Source: a virus (Duplodnaviria > Caudoviricetes). From it: 33,349 nt of DNA. The notes beneath the pieces are model-generated. The model was not told where the DNA came from, did not search any database, and was given only the letters and a program-made list of their open reading frames with translations. The translations under genes were made by a program, and so were the position numbers. This document shows positions 8,833 through 17,826 of the stretch, piece by piece. Positions within the stretch are counted from its first letter, which is position 1; every line of letters begins with the position of its first letter. The stretch is from positions 1-33,349 of IMG/VR virus record IMGVR_UViG_3300032321_000208, one strand, 5' to 3'.

Positions 8833-10080
8833 TTATGCAAACCAAGATGTAGGGCTAGTTCCAGACGACTTAGATTTTACTGAGCTCTTGGATGCTTGTC
8901 TAGCAACTTCACCAAATAACTCAGTTGACTTCTTAGAGATTCCTGACTTTTGAATGGTTGATAATGTAGGATCTTTCTCAAGGATCTTCAATAGAAGACC
9001 AACCTTCACCTTTAACGCATGGTTCTCAGGACGCTTTAAGTCAAGAATGGTACGATCAAAATCTGTTAATGTTTCTCCAGATGGTGTCTTCCACTTCTCA
9101 GCCAAAAGAAAATCTTGTAGTTCTGTAGCTAGTTTAGAATTAAGAGGTATGCCATCAAACTCCTTGCTTTTAATCTTTTCTTGCAATACAGTGTTCACGT
9201 TTTGGTGATACTGTTGCTTGATTGCAGCTTGTTGTTGTAATTGAGCAGTTCTATCTGCTTCTAATTTTTGAAGCTTTATACCTTCTTTCTTTACTAATAC
9301 TTTATGATGTTTTTCAGCAACGCTTTCTAAATCACCATAGTTCTTCAGTCTTTCAACCTCAGAGGTTATATCTTCAGGATCAAAACCTTGATCAGCTAAA
9401 GCTTGTTTAATTATTGCTACTTGATTTGGCTCTTGGGATAAATCCATTTGAGTAAAATTTTCGATAGCATTATATGTACTGAAATATTCTTTAGGATCAA
9501 CCCCATTAACATAGATTGCTTGAAATGCTTGTTGGTAGTCTTCACCAAACTGTCCAATGAAGTTATTCACAACATCAATAGCACCTTTCTTCTTCTCTGC
9601 TTCAAAACGTTCTAAGAACTCTTCTGGTGTGGAGATTGCAACATCATCTTCGTCATCATCCTTAGTGAATACACCAAGTTTAAACAAGTCATTAGATAGA
9701 GCAGAAAACTGAGTAGTTGGAACAACATCTTCTGAATCTTCATCATTTTCTGAAGCTTCTGTTTTTGGTTCAGCAGCAACTGCAGTATCCTCTTCTTCTT
9801 CTTCTGTATCATATAAGAAGTCAGTGATAGATTTTTTATCATCTACCTTTTTATCTTCTTGATCAATGTCTTCATCAGAAGCAGCAACTGGTGCTTTCTT
9901 CTTAGTAGCTTGAGCAGCAGGAACAGGATCAGGAGTATTGATATCTTGGATATCATCAGGGTTAGCTGTAGAAGTATCAGGGCCTAATAAGTCGTTTAAC
10001 AACTCTTGACTACCCATTCCTTCTACTGTACTCTGAATACTGAAGTTCCCAAAATCTGGGGTTTCTAAATTATCAGCCAT
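8833..10080 (-). CDS. Acidic scaffolding-like protein
   Basis: D/E-rich low-complexity N-half and Q-rich coiled coil, located between portal and MCP. Confidence 0.7.
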   Translation of the reverse strand: MADNLETPDFGNFSIQSTVEGMGSQELLNDLLGPDTSTANPDDIQDINTPDPVPAAQATKKKAPVAASDEDIDQEDKKVDDKKSITDFLYDTEEEEEDTAVAAEPKTEASENDEDSEDVVPTTQFSALSNDLFKLGVFTKDDDEDDVAISTPEEFLERFEAEKKKGAIDVVNNFIGQFGEDYQQAFQAIYVNGVDPKEYFSTYNAIENFTQMDLSQEPNQVAIIKQALADQGFDPEDITSEVERLKNYGDLESVAEKHHKVLVKKEGIKLQKLEADRTAQLQQQAAIKQQYHQNVNTVLQEKIKSKEFDGIPLNSKLATELQDFLLAEKWKTPSGETLTDFDRTILDLKRPENHALKVKVGLLLKILEKDPTLSTIQKSGISKKSTELFGEVARQASKSSVKSKSSGTSPTSWFA

Positions 10081-10110
10081 ATGTAGTTACTTTGTAATTG
10101 GTTTTCGATA

Positions 10111-10141
10111 TAAAAATATGTTTTATTAAATTAATAACAAA
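10111..10141 (-). promoter_or_regulatory. Bacteroidota sigmaA-like promoter for the scaffold/MCP operon
   Basis: Minus strand TTTG (10141-10138), 19-nt spacer, TATTTTTA (10118-10111), 30 nt before the ATG. Confidence 0.55.
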
Positions 10142-10218
10142 TAGATTTGAGTTGATAATGCTTATTATTGTTGATAATATAGCATTAATAAAATTTGCTC
10201 TAACCTATTTGGTTAGAA

Positions 10219-12801
10219 TTACTTACTCTTTGAAGCTCTGTTCTTAGCATTCTCTTTAGCAATAGCTAAGTCATTTGCTTGATTCTTAAGAGCAATTGAA
10301 TTCTTTTCTCTTTCTATTGCCATTTTATCAGCAGCAATCTTGTTCTGTTGCTGAATTCTCATTAGCTCAGTTTGATAAGCAGTTGCAGCTTTATTTTCTT
10401 CAGCAGCTAGTTTACTCATTTCTAATACATCAGGAGTACCAGAAGTATCCATATCAGACAATGGACCTGCTTTAGATTCAGCAGCAATCATTGCAATCTG
10501 TACCTTGTTGATACGTTCTAATTCATTTTGATAATCATCATGAGCAATCTTTTCTTGTTGCATTTGAGTAGCTTGTGCAAGAGCAGCTTCAGATTGTTTC
10601 TGTTGTTGCTCTATCTCTTGTTGCTTTTGTTGCATCTGTTGATCTTGCATCTGCTCTTGACGATCTTTAAGAGTCTTAAATACCTTCTTCATCTGACGCA
10701 TTGAATCAGTACTATAAAGCTCAATAACATCATGCAATGAACCACCATTCTGTAGAACAGCTTGAGACAATCCTCTAATCTCGTTGAACATCTGCTTATC
10801 TTCTGGACGATTAGTCAAGAACACTTTAAGATCACGGAACTTAAGATCAGATCCATTCACTTGTACAAATGCTGATTCTCCTTCAGATGTAATATAAGAA
10901 AGAGTAGATTGTGGTTTAGCACTCTCTACATATAATGATGCATCAATGATTGCTTGATATAACTGACCTAATACATACTCATGAGCTACAAACAATGGTT
11001 CAGTTTGTGAGTAAGATTGTGTAATAGCAGTGTTAGTACCTGTAGCAGTTTCAGAGGCTGAGATAGAGCCTAAACGTTGCTTAGACATACCAATCAGTTC
11101 CCAACACTCTTGCTTCAACTGCATAGCTAAGTTGTAACGAGATTGAATCTCCTGTGTACGCGTTAGGTCAATATCTCTAAATTGATTGAATGAGCTTGGA
11201 GATTTTAAGTTCTCTGGGCTATCATCAATAAACATTACACCACGGTTACGTGCTTCCATTTCCCAGATGTCAAGAGCATCTTGTGCATCTCCATCTTTAG
11301 GAATAGGAATATGTCTGATAGATGTAAGATACACCTTACCTACCTCTTTCTCAAGAAGCTTGTACAATTGGTTCATACAAACATTGTACAACACTTGGAA
11401 TGGCTTCATTAAATCTACAAGACTCTTAGCCTCTGTGTTCTTCACCTCATGTACTACACCAATGATAGGACAATAGTTTAATAACTTGTAAGGTTTGATA
11501 TGGTAGATATCTGGTCCAATTTTAATTCCTTGATACCATTGATTAATCCATCCCCATTCTAATGACTGTTGCGTAGGAATTGTTCCTGATTTATAGTTCT
11601 CATCTACAAGCATTGACTGCTCATTTTCCATTTCATCAATGTAGATGAGCTTACCAATCTTCTTTTTAGAAATCCAATAACAACGTACCACTACATATTT
11701 GTATCCAAATGAAGACACATTTGATGTAAGTCCTAAGAAGTCCTTTAGTCCATCATTGTTCTCTTTCATCTCTGATTCAATAATCATACGTGTCTGAAGG
11801 ACAAGAGGATCGTATGTATCATATTGTACTGAGTCTTGACCTGGAGTAGCATCTGGATTACCTAGATTAGATTCACGAACGTTAATCAAACCATAGTCTT
11901 GTAATGAGCTACGAAGGTGATCAATCTCATCCTTTGTAATATCTGGAATAGATTCAATAATCTCTGATAATTCCATCACTTGTACAGTACCAGCAGCATA
12001 CGCACCTTGAGCACGTCCTGTAGGATCTGATACATATTTACGATCTGGTGTTGTTAAAAACCAAGTGTTCTTAGGGTTAGCTACCTCAACATTAAATCCC
12101 ACCTTAGAGTTATCCTCATACACATGATAGAACTCACGAGCAGAAATTAACATATCACGGAATGCATCTTCTGATTTTTCTTTAAGAACAAAGTCTGCTT
12201 TATTACATGTAAGAACATGGTTAGCCCATTTCTCAGCAACAGATGTATATGAATCAAGCTCATCTTGAACTTCAGCCATTGTCATTTTCTGAACATCCTC
12301 ATCACTAATCTCTTCTCCTTGTAGCTTAGCTTTCTCTAAGATCTTTTGCTTAGCTGTAGACATAATGTATTCTTGAAGAATACCTGTCTTGAATTCTAAC
12401 TCCTCAGACTTACTATCATCATCAAATGCCTTAACACGAAATGCATCTGGTCTTTTTGAAATCTCACCAATCAACTCATTAATAGGAGTGGTAATGATTG
12501 AATACATCTTTACATAAGAAGGAAGAGCAAGATCAGCTGTAAGCATATCTGTAAAGCTTCTCACCTCTGGCTCTTGATAAAAATCCTCAGGACGAAGGAT
12601 ACCTTTCACTAAGTCATAGTTCTTAACAAATGTATCACGGTTCTTTACATACTCAGCATAAGCCTTGTTTGCAAAGTAGTCCATGGTGTTTTTGATCCAA
12701 CTCTCATCCTGCTTTTCCTTCTCAGTTTTAAACTGATCAGGGAAGATGTTCAGGTAAGCATACCTGATAGTCGCATCTTTTGTATATCTAATAATTGCCA
12801 T
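10219..12801 (-). CDS. Portal protein
   Basis: 860 aa, directly after TerL (TAATG overlap). Long Q-rich C-terminal coiled coil with 'DMDTSGTPDVLE', as expected for crAss-like portals. Confidence 0.85.
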   Translation of the reverse strand: MAIIRYTKDATIRYAYLNIFPDQFKTEKEKQDESWIKNTMDYFANKAYAEYVKNRDTFVKNYDLVKGILRPEDFYQEPEVRSFTDMLTADLALPSYVKMYSIITTPINELIGEISKRPDAFRVKAFDDDSKSEELEFKTGILQEYIMSTAKQKILEKAKLQGEEISDEDVQKMTMAEVQDELDSYTSVAEKWANHVLTCNKADFVLKEKSEDAFRDMLISAREFYHVYEDNSKVGFNVEVANPKNTWFLTTPDRKYVSDPTGRAQGAYAAGTVQVMELSEIIESIPDITKDEIDHLRSSLQDYGLINVRESNLGNPDATPGQDSVQYDTYDPLVLQTRMIIESEMKENNDGLKDFLGLTSNVSSFGYKYVVVRCYWISKKKIGKLIYIDEMENEQSMLVDENYKSGTIPTQQSLEWGWINQWYQGIKIGPDIYHIKPYKLLNYCPIIGVVHEVKNTEAKSLVDLMKPFQVLYNVCMNQLYKLLEKEVGKVYLTSIRHIPIPKDGDAQDALDIWEMEARNRGVMFIDDSPENLKSPSSFNQFRDIDLTRTQEIQSRYNLAMQLKQECWELIGMSKQRLGSISASETATGTNTAITQSYSQTEPLFVAHEYVLGQLYQAIIDASLYVESAKPQSTLSYITSEGESAFVQVNGSDLKFRDLKVFLTNRPEDKQMFNEIRGLSQAVLQNGGSLHDVIELYSTDSMRQMKKVFKTLKDRQEQMQDQQMQQKQQEIEQQQKQSEAALAQATQMQQEKIAHDDYQNELERINKVQIAMIAAESKAGPLSDMDTSGTPDVLEMSKLAAEENKAATAYQTELMRIQQQNKIAADKMAIEREKNSIALKNQANDLAIAKENAKNRASKSK

Positions 12802-14834
12802 TATGTAAACAGTTTACGTTTATACTTTCCTCCACCAGAATTGAATAGACTAGAGGATTCTGTAAATAATTTATTGTTTTTATTTCTTTTCTGCATTGAC
12901 ATCACTCTTGCATCACCTGTGCCACCGATTCTTCCCATAATAGGATCCATCTTCATAGCCATAGCTACAGCTAGTTCTGCTGCAATAATACGGTCAAAGT
13001 TACCATCTTCATTGTATTGTATCATTTCTTCTAACAATACAGGATCAAATATCTTTACCATACCTTTAGTCTCTGAGAGTATGTTACCATCATCATCTCT
13101 TTCTGTAACTAAAGTTTCCTCTGTGTATTTCTTGAGACATCCATGCAAGAAATCCCTAATCTTCTCTGAGGATCTATGTATACCATAGTCACGTCTCACG
13201 GTAGTATTAGGAACAATATCTTTCAACCAATCTGGTTGTCTCTCTAGATAGTGTGCATCATTCTTAGAAATCATGTAATCAATGAATGAAATCTCATCAT
13301 TCTCACACAGTGTTCTAGCATTGTAATATTTGATAAGAAGTCGTGCTTGCTCCTCCCACGTTTCTTTCTTATCAGGACGTGCACAGTAGGAAGCTACGAA
13401 CATATCTTGATATTTCTCACCTGTCAACTGATGCATCCTTTTATATATGTATACAGATCCTAATGAAGTTGAATATGCAGATTTACCTTGGCGGTAGGGA
13501 TCGACTCCTGCTACATATAATCCATAAGGAGGTGTATCAATAGGAAACTCATATATCACTACAGGAGCATCCTTCATGTCTGTGTTCTTAAGAGGGAAGT
13601 TGGAGATGGGTAGCTTGTCTGTAAATTCATGCTTAATCCCTTCTCCATCATCATATAGCACGACTGGTATGCCTGTACGCTCTTGTTGTAAGAGTCTAGC
13701 TTTTTGTCGTTTTGCTCCCTCTATATCAAATATATTAGTATCTTCATTCAAGAAAATATCATCCACCTCTTGTGGGTAATACATTTTCTCCTTCAAGTAG
13801 GCTACTCTATCACCTGCCTTCTTGAGTCTTTCTAAGTTTTCGTTGGTTATTTTGGTAGCCTTTTCTTCATTAGACACTAACATCTTTACATTGTGTAGGT
13901 CTGATTTCTTAGGCAAATCTAAGAATGCACCAAGAGAAGATTCTTCTTTGGCTTCCATTCTAAACTTATGAGAGATGAACAAGCCATGTATTCTTGATTC
14001 ATCTTTGGAATTATTGTATGTAAGGAAATTGAAGTTGTCTACATCGAACATCAAGGACTTAGCGTCCATGAATTTCTTCATATCCCCACCAGTTCCTGTA
14101 AGAATCGGTGAGCAGCCCCAGCCAAAGGGTGTAGTGAAACCTGGAATAGCCGCTTGTAACCCTCGTAAAAAACTACCTTTACCAATCTCATCTATAATTA
14201 ATCTTCTAGGTTTTGTACCTGCAATTGCTTCTTCATTGTTACCATCATCCAAGTTACGTATAAGAATCTGTGAGAAAGGGATACGTTCACCACTCTTTGT
14301 CTTTATACCTAATGTAACTTGGTTCTTCCAGTTATCTTCTACCCTCTGCCATTTCCAGGCTTCAGGCAAGAAGTTCAAACCCTTGTCAATCTTGTCTGTA
14401 ATCAGCTTAATATCGGAGGCATTCAAGCCTGCAATAATGTTTTGACTGTTCTCATCAAATGTAGCTCCATGTGAAATGTATGAAGCCTCAATTACTGACT
14501 TAGCAAAACGTCTGATACCAAGAATAACAAGTCCTTTACGTTCTTTCTGAGCTCTGTCAATCTCTGTAGAAACTAACCACTCATTGTCACGAAGGGATGG
14601 ATTAGCATATTTCTGTGCAATTCTACCAAACTCATCTATAACGTCCACTTCTGTATGCCATGCATTAAGATGCCAATATAAGAATGGGTTAATATATGTA
14701 TCTCCCATCATGCAGCCATTCTTACATAGCTCCTCATGGAAATCAAAGAAAGCATCATGCTCAGCAGAGTCTTTATCTGGAAGCCTTCCTTGGTTCATTA
14801 ACCAATCCTTATAATCTATCTTATGTAGCTTCAT
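12801..14834 (-). CDS. terL: Terminase large subunit
   Basis: Divergent Walker A 'GIRRFAKS', Walker B 'LIIDEIG', 'TGTGG', and nuclease motifs 'VAGVDPY' and 'NFDRIIA'. Confidence 0.9.
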   Translation of the reverse strand: MKLHKIDYKDWLMNQGRLPDKDSAEHDAFFDFHEELCKNGCMMGDTYINPFLYWHLNAWHTEVDVIDEFGRIAQKYANPSLRDNEWLVSTEIDRAQKERKGLVILGIRRFAKSVIEASYISHGATFDENSQNIIAGLNASDIKLITDKIDKGLNFLPEAWKWQRVEDNWKNQVTLGIKTKSGERIPFSQILIRNLDDGNNEEAIAGTKPRRLIIDEIGKGSFLRGLQAAIPGFTTPFGWGCSPILTGTGGDMKKFMDAKSLMFDVDNFNFLTYNNSKDESRIHGLFISHKFRMEAKEESSLGAFLDLPKKSDLHNVKMLVSNEEKATKITNENLERLKKAGDRVAYLKEKMYYPQEVDDIFLNEDTNIFDIEGAKRQKARLLQQERTGIPVVLYDDGEGIKHEFTDKLPISNFPLKNTDMKDAPVVIYEFPIDTPPYGLYVAGVDPYRQGKSAYSTSLGSVYIYKRMHQLTGEKYQDMFVASYCARPDKKETWEEQARLLIKYYNARTLCENDEISFIDYMISKNDAHYLERQPDWLKDIVPNTTVRRDYGIHRSSEKIRDFLHGCLKKYTEETLVTERDDDGNILSETKGMVKIFDPVLLEEMIQYNEDGNFDRIIAAELAVAMAMKMDPIMGRIGGTGDARVMSMQKRNKNNKLFTESSSLFNSGGGKYKRKLFT

Positions 14835-15160
14835 TATCGATTCTTAAGAAACCTCTCTGCTTTGGAGCTTAATTCTCCTTTTCCTCTCACCTCCACCTTA
14901 GCTTCTTCTTTCTCTCTTAGCTTATCTACCACCTCTAATAAGGCTAGATAGTTCTTCATGGTCTCTTGGATAAACTTACCCTGGCTTTCAATAGATGCAA
15001 TCACCATTGGTAACATGCCTCCTTTAGCTGTAGGTTTCCATTCAATCCTGTCCTTAAGCTCGTGCATTGGGTTAGCATCAACATATTGCTTCCAAGAAGA
15101 CAATTGTTGTTCTGCCCATTCGAGCTCTGTATTAATGTATGTAGTTCTGTTAAGTGCCAT
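14834..15160 (-). CDS. Candidate terminase small subunit
   Basis: 108-aa helical protein translationally coupled to terL, with C-terminal 'EVRGKGELS'. Positional inference only. Confidence 0.45.
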   Translation of the reverse strand: MALNRTTYINTELEWAEQQLSSWKQYVDANPMHELKDRIEWKPTAKGGMLPMVIASIESQGKFIQETMKNYLALLEVVDKLREKEEAKVEVRGKGELSSKAERFLKNR

Positions 15161-15166
15161 AATAGC

Positions 15167-15445
15167 TTAGTCTAAATCTTCTTCGTCCTCTTGCAATATA
15201 GTGTCTAGATTCATTCCATCTCTCACTATCTTTTCAATCTCTGATTCATCTGGATGAGGAACATCCATTGTTAATTGTGACTTGTACTTACTGAGAGCAT
15301 AAAGCATCTCTTTATCTGTCATACCCCAAATGTCTTTGTAGTCACTAAGGGCTGTATCTAAATGTCTACCTAGATTATAACTAGGGAACGTTTCTTTCAG
15401 TTCAACTAGAACAGAAAGGATTTGTTCATATGCGGTGGGTTTCAT
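15167..15445 (-). CDS. Hypothetical protein
   Basis: 92 aa, in operon, acidic C-terminus. Confidence 0.65.
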   Translation of the reverse strand: MKPTAYEQILSVLVELKETFPSYNLGRHLDTALSDYKDIWGMTDKEMLYALSKYKSQLTMDVPHPDESEIEKIVRDGMNLDTILQEDEEDLD

Positions 15446-15717
15446 AGCAATTGGTTTAAATCATCATCAGACAACTTATTTACTGTTATCTTGATATCTA
15501 ATATATCCTCCTCATCATCTGCTAATTCATCCTCAGTTAAACTATCTAATGCCTCCTCAGACATGTACTCATGTGAAAATTTTATTGTCATCCTATCATC
15601 TTCTGTAGGATTTTCAGGAGCCAACATATCAATGTAGTCCACTCCTTTATTATAAAGATCTGTAAGAATCTCTATTAAGTCATCTAATGGAATCTTCTTT
15701 ATAATAGCTCTATTCAT
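15442..15717 (-). CDS. Acidic hypothetical protein
   Basis: Likely start MNRAIIKKIPL at 15717 (ATGA overlap with the upstream stop) rather than 15780. Confidence 0.6.
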   Translation of the reverse strand: MNRAIIKKIPLDDLIEILTDLYNKGVDYIDMLAPENPTEDDRMTIKFSHEYMSEEALDSLTEDELADDEEDILDIKITVNKLSDDDLNQLL

Positions 15718-15992
15718 AGCTTTTCTAGCTCTTCGTTTTCTTCTTCTGTTACATGTGCTTTCCAAAAACTCTTTGGACAATCACACGACATACACTTTGT
15801 CTTTGCTGACAATGGACATCCACAATCTGTACAATGCTCATCTATACGTATAGACGCATGTCTACTAGAATGGAATTCACAATCCCTGCATATTTGTAAT
15901 CTGTCACTGGAAACTATTCGTATCGTCTCCTTCATCTTTGCTGGGGGAATCAACTTGTTCCTCCAACCCTCGTAAATCTCTGAGAAATTCAT
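15714..15992 (-). CDS. Small Cys-rich (Zn-binding) protein
   Basis: 'RLQICRDC...CTDCGCPLSAKT...CP...W' pattern common in phages. Confidence 0.7.
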   Translation of the reverse strand: MNFSEIYEGWRNKLIPPAKMKETIRIVSSDRLQICRDCEFHSSRHASIRIDEHCTDCGCPLSAKTKCMSCDCPKSFWKAHVTEEENEELEKL

Positions 15993-16329
15993 TGCTTATG
16001 TTTGGTTTAAGTAAAGCTATGTGATCGACCATGTCATTGTAAATCAGACTGGCCTTTCTTATTTGTTCTGCTGTAGCATCTGGATGATCAATAATGGTCG
16101 ACATGTCATGCTTCTTCATCATGTACGTCTTCAATCTCCTAGCTGCTTTCTTCTCATTGAACATAAACTTACCAAATCCACTTATCTCTATAGACTGATT
16201 GGTATCCATTGCACTATTTGCAGAAATGAACTGATGATTAATCACTGTCTCAATAGTCTTCTCAGCCATCATTAGCTTACTAGCTATTGTCTTAATCAAC
16301 AACTCTTTATCTGTAAGTGGTCTAGCCAT
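15904..16329 (-). CDS. HU/IHF-like DNA-binding protein
   Basis: 'LIKTIASKL....TIETVI...QSIEISGFGKFMF' HU/IHF signature. Confidence 0.75.
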   Translation of the reverse strand: MARPLTDKELLIKTIASKLMMAEKTIETVINHQFISANSAMDTNQSIEISGFGKFMFNEKKAARRLKTYMMKKHDMSTIIDHPDATAEQIRKASLIYNDMVDHIALLKPNISNEFLRDLRGLEEQVDSPSKDEGDDTNSFQ

Positions 16330-16684
16330 TATGCTCCATTTTTAACTCCAATGTGATATTACTATCAAATGAGAGAATGATCATTGGATTCACCTTAATC
16401 TTCGTACCATCCTTTACAAACACACCAATACGCTTAAGCTTGGAAATGATGTTATTAATAGTTGGTGATGTAGACTTATACTTGTTGCAGAAATCTTCTC
16501 TAATATTAGAATAAGAAATGTTTCCTCTTATAGCTGTGAATGCTACTAACTGTATCTCTCTTTGTGTAAGTTTTAAATCATTAATCGTAGAGAGCATTGC
16601 ATAGTATTTCTCTGCCATAGCATAATCATCCTCCACTTTACGTAAGAACTTCTGGACAATTATCTTCTTGCTACTAGTTTCCAT
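16322..16684 (-). CDS. Winged-helix DNA-binding protein (RepL-like fold)
   Basis: 'LTQREIQLV...SPTINNIISKLKRIGVFVK....KVNP' wHTH pattern. First gene after the late promoter. Confidence 0.65.
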   Translation of the reverse strand: METSSKKIIVQKFLRKVEDDYAMAEKYYAMLSTINDLKLTQREIQLVAFTAIRGNISYSNIREDFCNKYKSTSPTINNIISKLKRIGVFVKDGTKIKVNPMIILSFDSNITLELKMEHNG

Positions 16685-16697
16685 ATTTAGTTTGTGG

Positions 16698-16727
16698 CAA
16701 ATATATGTATAATGTTTGGATTATCAA
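16698..16727 (-). promoter_or_regulatory. Consensus Bacteroidota sigmaA promoter heading the late operon
   Basis: Minus strand TTG (16727-16725), 19-nt spacer, TATATTTG (16705-16698) = TAnnTTTG, 13 nt before the ATG. Confidence 0.75.
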
Positions 16728-16754
16728 TGATGACTAGATAAACCCAATGCTATA

Positions 16755-16904
16755 TTATGCATTAATTTTTGTATATACAAGAGAAATAGAGAATAATAAC
16801 AGATCAACTGTTAACTCCCTAATAATATAGTTAGACAGATGTCTTGCCTTATACTTAAAACCTAAACCAAAACTCCTATGTGTATTGAGTTGTAATAGTA
16901 TCAT
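16755..16904 (-). CDS. Small hydrophobic protein (49 aa)
   Basis: MILLQLNTHRSFGLGFKY...DLLLFSISLVYTKINA. This is the plausible part of ORF 16755..17069; the upstream extension crosses the homopolymer patch. Confidence 0.4.
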   Translation of the reverse strand: MILLQLNTHRSFGLGFKYKARHLSNYIIRELTVDLLLFSISLVYTKINA

Positions 16905-16922
16905 AATAAATAGATTTAGAAT

Positions 16923-17096
16923 GGCCCCCCCTTTATCCCCCCCAAATATCGAGAGAATATTTTTACCATCCAAATGTGAGAGTGGGGAGAACATAAAATT
17001 TTTTTCCTGGGGGCCATACCCATTGTGTGCATAGGAAGGAAGGCCCCTCCATATTGCAACCCCAGGCACGATGTGAGCGGTTGGGGGTATCCCCCA
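16923..17096. other. GC-rich homopolymer/palindrome patch at the strand switch; possible genome terminus/packaging site
   Basis: C7-TTTAT-C7 (16925-16943), CCTGGGG/CCCCAGG (17006-17012/17060-17066), TGGGGG-TAT-CCCCCA (17082-17096). Confidence 0.4.
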
Positions 17097-17128
17097 CGTT
17101 CAGGTGTTGTGAGCCTTAAGTCATTCAC

Positions 17129-17347
17129 ATTAGTGCGTTTGCACTTTGCAAGAACTCTGTACACCTAGGTGCACTGACAGAGTTACAAGACAAGCAAAGT
17201 GATAGCGTAAAAAGTTCCATTAAAGGAGAACTTTATGCACTAATTGTAGTCAGAGAGGGCAGGCTCTGACATCATTACTAGCATTTATATATGAATGCAG
17301 TTTTCAACTAACCTTGAGCAAGTTAGCCATTTTACACAAACTACAAG
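17129..17347 (+). ncRNA. Large multi-stem structured RNA (or ssDNA) element of unknown family
   Basis: Seven mutually compatible helices; see findings. Confidence 0.6.
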
Positions 17348-17382
17348 CTTATTACACAATCAAAGGGAAACAGCGTATCTGA

Positions 17383-17790
17383 ATGAAACAACAAATGAGA
17401 AGTACAGCAATTACATCAGGTAAGTTTGCAACAGGTGAAGGACAGAAAGGTAACTTCACAGCTTACAATTCACGCAGAGAGCAAATCTTCATTCACAAGT
17501 CAGTAATGGCAGAGCAAGGATGGAAAGAGGACAAAGATGTTCCTAAGATGTTCTACGCATTGGTTGATGACAAGGACATCCAAACTCGTGATGAGAATGG
17601 TGAGTTGACAGACAAGACAGTAAAGCGTCTTACAGCATTATCAATCTTTGCAACAGAAGCAGACTTAATCAATGCAGTTAACTCTGATGCACGCTTAGAG
17701 GTTGCCATCAAGCAAGACCTTAAAGCTATTGCAACATCAGCAGGCTTGACAGAAGCTAGTATGAAGTCATTGCTAGAAGTAGCAATCTAG
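17383..17790 (+). CDS. First plus-strand (early) gene, hypothetical
   Basis: 135 aa, beta-rich N-half, followed by its own terminator. Confidence 0.75.
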   Translation: MKQQMRSTAITSGKFATGEGQKGNFTAYNSRREQIFIHKSVMAEQGWKEDKDVPKMFYALVDDKDIQTRDENGELTDKTVKRLTALSIFATEADLINAVNSDARLEVAIKQDLKAIATSAGLTEASMKSLLEVAI

Positions 17791-17796
17791 TGTAAC

Positions 17797-17826
17797 AGGA
17801 GGGAGAGTAACATCTCTCTCCTTTTA
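17797..17826 (+). terminator. Rho-independent terminator
   Basis: AGGAGGGAGA/TCTCTCTCCT stem followed by a T-rich tract, 6 nt after the stop. Confidence 0.8.

Noticed and set aside
10540-10660. CAA/CAG-rich repeat-like DNA in the portal gene
   Set aside because: It simply encodes the Gln-rich coiled coil of the portal C-terminus.
885-15637. Plus-strand ORFs within the late module (e.g. 885..1130, 6372..6575, 11186..11476, 12841..13188, 13975..14445) and nested off-frame minus ORFs
   Set aside because: They are shadows of well-supported genes, with no motifs or independent start signals.
16905-17164. ORF 16916..17164 and the N-terminal extension of 16755..17069
   Set aside because: They are open mainly because the GC-rich homopolymer patch lacks stops; the Gly/Pro-rich translations are not protein-like.
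17142-17201. Twister-sister resemblance (GCAAG and GGTGCA words)
   Set aside because: The other conserved elements and junction topology do not match. It is kept only as an unknown structured element.
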